Source of the DNA: Macrostomum hystrix
Lineage: Eukaryota > Animalia > Platyhelminthes
Assembly: GCA_950097015.1 (NCBI GenBank)
Contig: CATNEN010000003.1
Location: 11,842,001-11,906,000 of the forward strand
Reading direction: 5' to 3'
Length of the DNA stretch: 64,000 nucleotides
In this document: positions 51,274-61,771 of the stretch, one piece after another
How the letters are laid out: the number at the start of each line of letters is the position of its first letter
How positions within the stretch are numbered: the stretch's first letter is position 1
The notes under the pieces: generated by a model
What the model was told of the DNA's origin: nothing
Databases searched by the model: none
Seen by the model: only the letters and a program-made list of their open reading frames with translations
Position numbers and translations under genes: made by a program

Positions 51274-52341
51274 ATGTTTAACCGGTTCGTGTTTGGCGGC
51301 CCCCAAATGCAGTCTTCCACCTTTGAGACCACTTATCGCTGCTACTCAGCCAGCATGTTCTCTGGCCAGGACAAGGTGCGTAGGGAGGCGGAGACTGGCG
51401 GCAAGATCATCATGCCACAGTCGGCGCTGGAAACTCTGGTCCAGCTGCAAATCCAGTACCCGATGATATTTCGGCTGGCTAATCCGAAGACTAAGAAATT
51501 CTCGCACGCTGGCGTGATTGAATTCACAGCCGAGGAAGGTCGGGTCTATGTGCCCTACTGGATCATGCAGAATCTGCTGCTTAGCGAAGGCGACATGCTG
51601 ACTGTGTTGAATGTCTCATTGCCCAAGGCCACCTACGCTAAATTCCAGCCTCAGAATGTAAATTTCTTGGACATCTCAAATCCCAAGGCTGTGCTGGAGA
51701 ATGAGCTGAGAAAGTTTGCCTGTCTGAGCACTGGTGACATCATTGTGCTGCACTATAACAACAAGGAGTACGAGCTGCTGGTACAGGAGCTCAAGCCGGA
51801 GAACAGTGTCACCATCATAGAGTGCGACGTAAATGTTGAGTTCGACAAACCGGTTGGCTACGAGGAGAGCACGGTGCCTAAGTCTGCTTCTCAGGCTAGC
51901 CTACCAGCTGGTCTCAGTGGCTCCGTGGACGGTCCGACCTGCTCTGCTGACCTGAGCGATTTGAGTCACCAGCCGGTGATTCCTGAGCAGAGCGCGGCTA
52001 ACGCCTTTCCCGGAGCAGGACAGCGCCTTGACGGCAAGGCCAAATCCGCCCAGAAGGCTGCCGCGTTCTCCACTGATGGACCAGCAGCTGGCAGTTCGTC
52101 AGCTGGCTTGACCTCGGTAGACTCGTCCTCCTCCTTGAGCAGCTATGCTCAGCAGCAGCAGCAGCAGCGTGGAGTTCCAAATTACGACTATCGACCTGGC
52201 GAGCTACACTTTATTCGCCAATTCAACCGAAGCAACAACGCAGCATCGGCTGCTGACGGTGGCGACAATGGCGGCTCATTCAAAGCGTTTGATGGCGCCG
52301 GCGTGCGTTTGAAGACTGCTCGCACAGCCAAGGCGCGATAG
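51274..52341 (+). CDS. UFD1: Ubiquitin fusion degradation protein 1, intronless CDS
   Basis: GGKIIMPQSAL, YPMIF, HAGVIEFTAEEG, FLDISNPKAVLE, RGVPNYDY, and SHP boxes FPGAGQRL and FDGAGVRL. Confidence 0.97.
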   Translation: MFNRFVFGGPQMQSSTFETTYRCYSASMFSGQDKVRREAETGGKIIMPQSALETLVQLQIQYPMIFRLANPKTKKFSHAGVIEFTAEEGRVYVPYWIMQNLLLSEGDMLTVLNVSLPKATYAKFQPQNVNFLDISNPKAVLENELRKFACLSTGDIIVLHYNNKEYELLVQELKPENSVTIIECDVNVEFDKPVGYEESTVPKSASQASLPAGLSGSVDGPTCSADLSDLSHQPVIPEQSAANAFPGAGQRLDGKAKSAQKAAAFSTDGPAAGSSSAGLTSVDSSSSLSSYAQQQQQQRGVPNYDYRPGELHFIRQFNRSNNAASAADGGDNGGSFKAFDGAGVRLKTARTAKAR

Positions 52342-53433
52342 ATAAATTGCGAACTGTCTGAACTAACTACAATTTGTAACCATGCGCTTATGTTTAAGTC
52401 TGTCCTAAATAAATCTATTGATGTATACGTATTTAGCTGCTGTGTTCCGCTTTGCTTTTTGTGATCATTTTTCTGCTCTAATTCACTGGTCTGCAAAGTT
52501 CACTGAATAGTAATACTTCTGTGAGTAGTTTAGGGAGCTCATCAGTAGCCTATTGAAAACTGCAAATAAGAATAGTTTCTATTTCTACTTAATCTGCAGA
52601 AAAATCCGTGTCACACACAGAACACTGTGTCCGTGCTTCACATGCTTTACTGTACATATTGTGTCTATATCCAGAGAGCCCGTCTCAGTGTCCCATTTTC
52701 TTTCGTATCTTAATTTCTATCTTTCTATCTTTCTATCTATCTAAAGATCTTTCGTAGCTACACCTTTCACCCGCGACTGCAAGACTGCAGCGTTTGTAGG
52801 CAATAATTCGTCTAGCAGACGAACGGTAAATGTCTAATAAAATCTGCAAATTATGCCAGAAATTGGTTATTCAAAGCGGTGTGGGGCTTTCAACCAGCTC
52901 TGCTTGTTTACCTATAACATGATTATTTAAACTATTCTTTATTGCTTTTCTGCTTTGCTAATTTTACTGATTTCTGCCGACTGAAACACACTTATTCCTG
53001 CATTCAGCCATTGACCTGCAGAATTTATGCTTTAGAAGATCTACTCAATGTCAGTAGACTTATTCGCTACATGAAGTACAAAAAGTGCTTTGTAAGGAGT
53101 GCAGAGCCGAGAGACCGATAAATTGTGTAGACGAAATAGCCCAAAGCGAATCGCTCGCAGCTCAACGCACACTACGATATAACTCAGGGCCTACACTTAG
53201 AGTTAGATCTCACAGACTTCCACACTTAAAGCTAGATCTCATACTCTTCCACACTCCCGCATCCTCAAGTAGGTCAGCAGCTCCGGGATCCTTGAAGTGG
53301 TCAGCAGCTCTCGCCGCTGTTGTTTTGCATCCTCTTTTTAGGATCCATAATATAAAGTATAAATAAAAATATAAAACAGAAACCAGCGGACGACCTGATT
53401 TGATGGACTCCCCGACAGCCCTGAGCAGCTACT

Positions 53434-53506
53434 CCGGCAGGCGGGCCGGCAGGCGGGCCGGCAGGCGGGCCGGCAGGCGGGCCGGCAGGCGGGCCGGCAG
53501 GCGGGA
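53434..53506. repeat. 12-bp GC-rich repeat GGCAGGCGGGCC, ~6 copies
   Basis: Read directly. Confidence 0.9.
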
Positions 53507-54070
53507 CGTCTCTGATAGCCCCCCGCCATTTCGAATTTTTCTCGACCGGGCCGCCCTCTAAAAACGAAGAGCAAGAAGATGAAAAACGAGGTGCGGATCC
53601 TTGGAGGCACTTACGACAGCCGGATTTCCTTCGATGAACACGACCTCCGAGACCGAACGATCTAGGAAGTCTCCAAGGCGGGCAGCCCGCGACTCGGAGC
53701 CGACAATGAGACACTCCCGAAAGTCGATTTCGGCTCCATCCTTTATTGACTCTCCTCCCTTCATTCTATTTCTCCTTCCCCGTTACCTCTTTATCCTCCT
53801 CTCTCCTCTCCGTCATCGTATATATATTTTTCTCATGTCTTCTCGATTGCTCATCTCCTGTCTCTCTTCCGTCTTCTCTCCTCATTCCCCTCTCAAGTTT
53901 CTCCTGTTTCCTCTCTCTACTCTCTAGCAGCCAATGAGACTCCAGCAGCAAAGAAGGCTTCTGGTTGGCTGCAGCGGACAACAAAAGCAAAGTCTGAAGC
54001 CAAAGGCTGAGCTGATGACCTACTCGAGCTCATCTGCCACTTTCCCAACCCAGAAGCAGACACCTGCAAA

Positions 54071-56873
54071 ATGTTGCCCTTGCTGAGAATACTCACGGCT
54101 TTCCTGGTGTACCTGATGAACTCAGTTCATTCCTCACAGCAGCGAGAAGACGCAGAAGAACTCACCGACGAGGAGCTGCTGGCAGCCATCAGAGATGACC
54201 GAGTGGAGCGATTGAGCGAACGGTTGAGCGATTCATTGTCAGCGGTGGGAGCCTGGATGCCTTCATCGCCTTTGCATACTCATTTTATACTCCAGCAATG
54301 CTCGCTTGCCGATTCGGAAGACATGAAATTCTGGTGAGACTCATCCGAGCCAATGCGGTTGTAGATAAGCAGAACTGGAGAGGGGCGACAGCATTGTTGA
54401 TTGCATCAGCATATGGGCACCTCCGACTGGTGGCATGGACTCACTCATCAAAGCACGAGCCGACGTCAGTCTTCAAACAAAAACTGGCGAGTCACCTCTC
54501 TACATTGCGTCACAGAACGGCCACCGCAGTGTTGTCGAGTCACTCATGAAGGTCGTTCATAGCCCTGACTTGCTAGAAGCTGCTTTGCGCATCGCCACGG
54601 AAGTCGGCCATGACCGAGTGGTTGACCTGCTGAGCCGTGGATCCTCCGCGCCTTTGCCTGAGAAGCAGAACAGGTAGGAGCTCCTGTTTCTTGTCAAGGT
54701 GACATGAGCAATCAGTGTTCTTAGATAATTTGAGACTTCGGATTCTCTGAGTAATTAGACTCGAAATCTGAGAGCTGAAGTTCGAAGCTGATAAGAACCA
54801 CTAGGAGAAAAATGTGTTTAGCAATTGACACATTGAACAATTGGACAATATGAATTCCATTTGGGATTCGATATTGGAGGTTTGGAAAAAAATCTAATTG
54901 TCAATAGCTCACACTTTTTTTACTTTCTCTTTTTCAGTCTTAAAGTCTTAAAGATCTAAAAAGTCTTTCAGTCTATTTCAGTCTTCTTTGCCGCCTCCTC
55001 TCACCCTTCAGAGCCTCCCAGCCTCACTGAAACTCAGCACTGCCGCCTCCTCTCACCCTTCAGAGCCGCACCCAGCGACGCAGAGCTGAGCCAGCAGCTG
55101 CACTCCAAGCTCTCTCAGTCAGGATTCGTGGACTTCAGAGCCGCCTTGCAGATCGCTGTGGCTGACGTCTTGCAGGATGTTCTCAGGAAGAGAATAAACG
55201 ATGACGACTGGTTCGCTGTGGGCAGCTTCTCTGAGGCCTGGGGCAACAGCGTGGTCTCTCTGGATGGCGGAACTGACATCGACTCTGACATCGATGTTAT
55301 TCAGCTGATTCCAGGAAGGCCGATTCACCCGAGAGATGTGTGCGAGTGCGACCGAGTGGAGGCTGCTCAGACAGTGGAGCTCAGCAATGGCCACATCCTG
55401 AGCTCCGGATTCGGTGAGAATTTCCTGCCAGAGACTGTCGGGATGGCTGGGACAAGAATTGAGCATGTGTTTGGCTTGCTGATCTTCTTTGGCTTTCTAA
55501 AGCAAACAACGATCAAGGAAAACAAACAAATGTTCAGTCCAGGTTTGAAATGCCGAGCCAGAACACGAAAATTCCAAGTAGAAATGGAAAGTTAGTTTTT
55601 GTTTCCGATTTCGCTTCTTCGGCGAACCAAACAGATGTTTTGTGTTCTGCACATAGTGAACCATGATGCCATATTGGATATTAGTTGAACGGTATGATAG
55701 TACTATTCTATAATATTATACACTAAAATTACTCATTCACAGGAAATATAGTTTTTAGTAAACTGTGATGCTATATTATGATATAAATGAATATAATATC
55801 GAAACGTAAAAAATGTAAATTATGTAATTTTTCAGCGGCGTTAAAAGTGTTACGTGTTAGTAGTTTTTTATCGATTTAGGATTATCGCTGCTTGCTACTT
55901 AAACATTTTGGTAAAAAATAATCATATTCAGAAAAATAATAGAATTGAGGAATCGCATAGTTTCTATTGATTCGTTAAAGCGGATGGCATTTCCACTTTT
56001 CTCGCATTTCCCATTTCTCCAGCCTCCCACCCAGCCAGGTCTCAAAATGGCTCCGCCCTGAGACCGGCTGTGGACCGAGTCACCGGCCGCCGTCTCTGCC
56101 GCTACCCTCCCATCGCGCCGCTGCAGCCACGAAGAGTCTCCAAGTCCAACATCCCCCAGTCCGTGCTGCAGTCGCTCCAGCGAGACCTCACCTCTGCCTC
56201 ATCGCCCTGTCACGTGGTGCACGCAGCTCCTCCCGGAATGGGGGGCCAGCAGCTCCGAGTGAGCAGCAGCTTCCTGGAGAGGCGACTGCTGCGGAGTCTC
56301 AGCACTCTGCAAGGCCAGCTGTTCGTCACACTCAAGTGGCTGCTGAAGAAGAAGATCTCAAACGTCGGCTTCAAGTCCTATCACGCAAAGACCGTCACGT
56401 TCCGAATGCTGGAGGAGACACCGGCTGAGCAGTGGAAGCCGGAGAATCTCGTGAGTCTCACGAGACACTCGCTGCAGATGCTGCTTGACGGTGTGGAGAG
56501 CGGCTGCAGATCAGACACACCTGACGGTCGGATCCTGGAGCACTTCTTCCTGAGGGATGCCGCTGTGTACCTGAAAGGCTGGAAGTCGCCCACATCAGCT
56601 GAGAGAGTGAGCGAAGCGTTGAATCGGGCAGCCGGTGCATTGAGAGACGCCATGGCTGAGCTGCCTCAGCTGCTGCTGCAGTTCGAGGACAGACTGCGAC
56701 CCGTCACCGACTCGGGCCGATTCCACTTCCACCCGTTCCTCATCCTGCCGACTCTAATTGACAGACCCGTGTCAGAAGCCAAGACATGCGAGTCCAGTGA
56801 CCATCGAACTTCAGTCCAGAGTCCATCGAACTTCAGGCCCACGGCCATCGAACTTCAGGCCAGTGACCATTGA
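54071..56873 (+). pseudogene. Ankyrin repeat + Mab-21/cGAS-like nucleotidyltransferase; exons ~54071-54673 (two frameshifts), 55064-55413, 56023-~56787/56873
   Basis: ANK: GATALLIASAYGH, GESPLYIASQNGH. NTase: VGSFSE...SDIDV and AVDRV. Mab-21 C-lobe: [28 protein letters not shown]. Confidence 0.75.
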
Positions 56874-56885
56874 ACTTCAGGTCAC
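56793..56885. repeat. 22-bp repeat CCATCGAACTTCAGGCCAGTGA, ~4 copies
   Basis: Read directly; follows a possible GCGAGT donor. Confidence 0.8.
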
Positions 56886-58451
56886 TGGAGTTCAAAACTT
56901 CAAACTTGAAAACACTATCCAAATCCTAACTTAAAACACTAAAATCCAACCTAAAATCTAAAACCCAGGCTAAATTTATGAGAACAATTTTCTCGGCAGT
57001 CCTACTGTGCTCTCGATGGTCTGAGCAGCTTTTGTTTAAGCACAATTAAATGGTTGGGCTGTTAAAATAATGGTAATTAAACTTGATTCTAACAATGAGC
57101 TGTTTTCAATTTGACTGTGCTCATATTTTGGCCAGTCTCAAATGAATAGATTGCTTGCTGTTTTCTAAAGCAAAGTTTGAGAACGCAGTGAGACTGTCTC
57201 GTTCTCAGATCTATCTCTAACATAGAATGAGGGCTCCAGGTCATTGTGATGGAGCTGTAACTCACTGCCGCAGGCACCAGTTTCTAGAGATATACATTCG
57301 AGTTATATTAATTATTTGGCTTGAGACTGCTTAACTGCAATGGTAGCAACTGAGTTGAAAAGACCCCTTAGCAACCAGACCCATTCGATTCCACAAATGA
57401 AGCAGCCATGATAAAGCCATGCCTAGCAGAGGTATAAATTAAGAGAAAAGAGAAAAGATGACTTAAGAGAAAAACATCAAAACAAAACCCACTTTGTGCA
57501 TCTTCTTAGCCTACTATTAGTAGAAGTAGAAGAAATTTTACTTAATAAAATGCGTCAGTGATTAATCTTTTTTTCATAAGGATGTGAAAAAATTAAAGCA
57601 TAAAATTGCGAACTTTTGAATTAAGTCTATGTGCTAGAGTATGGGATCTTTCCCCACTTGAATAGAGCGGCTTCCGTTGCGGGAGAACGTCGGGACCTTG
57701 TTGGTGAGCCCCCAAAAGGTTTCGACGGTTTCGACCGGCGCGATGACCGCGAGAGCCCTCTCAATTTTGGCTTGAACCTGGGGAGACCAGTGGGCCAGTC
57801 ACCAAGTCATAGCCCACCTTCAGGAGTGAGTCTGGCGAGGCAGCGAGCACCTGACCTCCGTCGGTGTGTTCCGTGGCGGTCGGATTGGCTGGCTCGTTGT
57901 TGAAGAAAGCAGAGAGCATGACCTCGAGCGTAGACGTTTCTTCGTCCTGCGACGAATTTCTGGCCGAGCTCACGATTCAGGAGTTCAGCCTCATAGGCTT
58001 CTCTGTCCCCCAATGGCCCTGTCAGTTTGAGGGCGCGCGAACCCCCCATATAAAACTAATGATCAACTAATGATTGATCATTGATCAACTAATGATCAAA
58101 CAGACAGACGAACGAGAGAGAGAAGACACTGGGGACACCGGTCATTCCTCTGCTATCCAGATCATCCTCTTAATCTTTTGTTCTGCACCACCTGTCCTAA
58201 TACAGGGGTTGGCAATGCAACTTTAAAGATCTGCCTAAAATTAGTAAATCATTTATTGTTGAAGCCGAGAGAATCAAAGTTCCTTGATTTAGAAACTTCA
58301 TTTGTCCCAAGTGTAGCTCTAGGTACAGTTTAGCTCTAGGCTATGCCATAGACATTTGAGAACTAGATCCGCACTTAAATTATTTTACGAGCGAAATTGC
58401 CTCAAGCCTTGGCTTAATTGTCATTGGAACTTGCATGATCTTGTCTGACAG

Positions 58452-59242
58452 CTTGTCTTTAAAATCAACATGGATTTTAAGAGGATTGCGCAGCATCAGC
58501 AGCAGCCGGCGCAGACGATGATAGCGGGTCGAGCTACTCGTCTTCCAAATCTACAAGAGGTTGGTGACATGGTGTTCAAAAGAACTTCGCAGCATCCGTA
58601 TCAGCAGCAGCAGCAGCAGCAGCAGCAGGCTCAGCGGGTTGTAAATCATGCTCCAGTTGAATACTCAGGCAAAGAGCACTATGCTTCGGTCTCAGATGTG
58701 GAAAGCGGATCGAGCTGCACAGACACCGCTCCGCAAGCATCCATGCAGGTAGGCGCTAACTCATATTTGTAAAGTTTTAACCAGAACGAAAACGAAATAA
58801 ATTTAGAAGATTATATTTTCAAAAGCACTTCTGTAAATCCTAACCTCGGAAAAATGCCTTCCCAGTCCTGGCGCACACAGTGGCAAACGGGCATGCATGC
58901 TAATTGTCGAGTTAGTCGTCTTCAAAAGCAACAGGACGTCGGTGCCTTTGAGTTTCAGAGTCCCGACATGACAGGAGACAACAATCGACCGCGCTGGAAG
59001 CAGCAGGAGCTGAGGCAGCCAGCGCAGAGGATGATGCCGGGCCGAGCCAGTCATCTTCAAAGTCAACAAGAGCTCGGTGACACGGAGTTCCAGAGTCCCG
59101 AAAGCACAGAAAACAACGGACGACTACGCCGACAGCAACAGCAGCAGAAGCAGCAGCAGCCGGCACAGACGATGATGGCGCGCCGAGGGACTCGTTTTCA
59201 AAACCAAAAAGAGGTCGATGACATGGAGTTCAAAAGGATGGC

Positions 59243-59295
<53 letters not shown>

Positions 59296-61103
59296 CTCAG
59301 CGGGTTGTAAATCATGCTCCAGTTGAATGCTCAGGCAAAGAGCGGTATGCTTCGGCCTCAGATGTGGACAGCGGATCGAGCTGCACAGACACCGCTCCGC
59401 AAGCATCCATGAAGGTGGGCGCTACTCATATTTGGGAAGAAAATATATTTGGCAGCTGCGTGCTGCCCTTCTAAATACATTTTGAAGTGTTGTACCGGTC
59501 GTCCTGCTAACAATGCGGGATCCGGCGAACTCCAATATGAAGTCCAAGATTTCTAGGTAGTGTAGTAGTAGCGCTGCCACCAGGGCGTCAGGACTTCTGC
59601 CTTCGGTAAGGTGAAGGATCCTTGGCCCGAAAAAGAAGAAGTCACGAAGTCTCGAGAAGCACACAGTGCAGAGTTTCAGTTGCAATTACAGGCTGTCAGT
59701 GTCCTGCGTAGCTCGGATGGTGGGGTGGAAGGCTAAGTTAGTTTCGGGACTTAGCCAGAACTGAGCTTACGAGCAGTCACATGCAGAGACTGAAGTAGGA
59801 AACTTAGACACTCGATGGCACTGACAAGAGAGACTGAAATAAGTCAGAGAAAACGTTAATGACAGGAAGTGGAAAGGTTGAGCCGGGAGAAAGGGATGAG
59901 GACCAGAGGAGCGGGGAGCTTTCTTTTATAGGCAGGGGCCTCCCATAGGGTCAGTGCAGAGTTAGAAAACACGTGATGGAATCACGTGGTTTCTAAAAAT
60001 AGCAACTGACGTCAGTGGCGCCAGAAACGTCACTCCTACGTAGGTTCCTGTCCCATAATCAAAGCCCCAAGTGCAGTAAACATGTTTACTTGCACTTTAA
60101 AAGACAAAGAGAGAGGCCAGTCGCATGAGGAGAATCACGCGCTGACTGAGTGCAGACAACCACACACAAAGAAAAGGACAAGGGACAACAAAGCCAGCGC
60201 GGGACAAAGAGGTGATGACTCATCCCTGGGAGGAAGAGACAGCACACTCAAAGTACAGGCGCGGCCGGGAAGGGAGGGACAGAGAGGGACAGACCAGACA
60301 ACGCCAGAGAGGGCGGGCCGGGCAGCCACTCAATGCTAGCAAAAAGGGGGCACCTAAGCTACCTTGCAGGTGGGGCTACTGACAGCTAGTGAGACACCAA
60401 TAGGCCCCTAAGCAGTGGCTCACTACAGAAGATTTTAGTTTCTTTAACTTATATATAAGGAGTCTTTATAGTTACAATGTCATTTGCAAACACAAACCTC
60501 CGAAAAATTCATTCAAAGCCTTGGCGCACGCAGCGACAAGTAATGCACGCCAGCAGCCGAACTTGTCGCCTTCAAAAGCAACCAGACGTCGGTGCCATCA
60601 AGTTTCGGAGTCCCGACATGACAGGAGACAACGGTCGACCGCGTCGGCAGCAACAGCAGCAGCAGGCCGCGAAGACGATAATGTCAGGCCGAGCCAGTCT
60701 TCCTCGAAATCAACAAGAAGTCGGTGCCACGGAGTTCCAGAGTCCCGACATGACAGCAAAGACTGGTCGACCAGGCAGGAAGCAGCAGCCGCAGCAGCAG
60801 CAGCAGAAAGCGCAGACGTTGATGGCGGGCGAACAGCAGATACAACAGCAGCCGCAGCAGCACTACAGCAGTTGCAGCAATGATTGCCAACTGGTGGTTG
60901 TCAACCGGTTAAATCTAGTTCTTGAACTGGTCGGCTGCGGCAAGTGTGAGTACTGCGAATCTAACTCGTCCTGCTGCCTAACCGCCGGACTGTCTGCGAG
61001 GCAAGCTGATCAACAACTGCCTGAGCAGCCGCAGGTCATTCGCGCTGTCTTGCCTTGTGGAGCCAGCTCGCAACAGATGGGCCAGTCTAACCGTCGAGTT
61101 TGA
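58452..61103 (+). CDS. Unknown Q-rich repetitive protein; candidate exons 58452-58748, 58866-59414, 60519-61103
   Basis: Homologous phase-0 exons with repeated VG.EFQSPD modules and shared SGSSCTDTAPQASM ends; AATAAA near 61300. Confidence 0.5.
59488..60427 (-). mobile_element. Solo LTR (940 bp)
   Basis: TGT...ACA termini; 4-bp TSD GAAG (59484-59487 and 60428-60431); minus-strand TATAAAAG near 59925; empty site visible in the paralogous intron near 58800. Confidence 0.8.
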
Positions 61104-61771
61104 GTAGAGGATCAACACCAGCAGAGACTGTGCTCGAGGGTATTTTTGATGATCCACCCACCCCACTCCGATAACAGAGGCATCACGATAAACATGTGTT
61201 TTGCCGCACCTCATTCTCGTAGTATAGATAGATGGAGCTTTGAGTGCACTGAATTTTGAGTCCATATATCAACGGTTGGTTAGTCTGAGTCTTGTGGTCA
61301 ATAAATAGCTTTGTATTCAGTAATCAGTTTTTTTCTGTTGTATCGAAAAAAGCCATTCTTTCTTTTGTCTGCTGGTAACTTTTTTATGCACAAAACATCC
61401 CCGGTTGACAACTTATACCACACTTTGTCAAACGGGCAGAAGCCTTTTAAAGCTTTTATTGATTTTTTAATACCGAACCGTACTAAATAAGGCGCAAAAA
61501 ACGCAGACCAGAAAAAAATATATTTCAGCGACGAAGTTCTCTTTTTTAATTATTTTTTTGTCTAATATTTGCAGCGAAAAAAGTTATTTTGGTCTGTGGT
61601 GGTCTCTCCCCGGGGGAAAATAGTGCTGTGTTTCTACGATTTACGGAAGGTCACTTTCAAACAAAACCACAGTTTTACAAATGAAGATAATGAACTTCAC
61701 CGCAAAAGAAATTAAACCTGCCAAGTTGATTAAATTAATTGTTCCTTCATTAAAAACTTCTCGGACAAATT

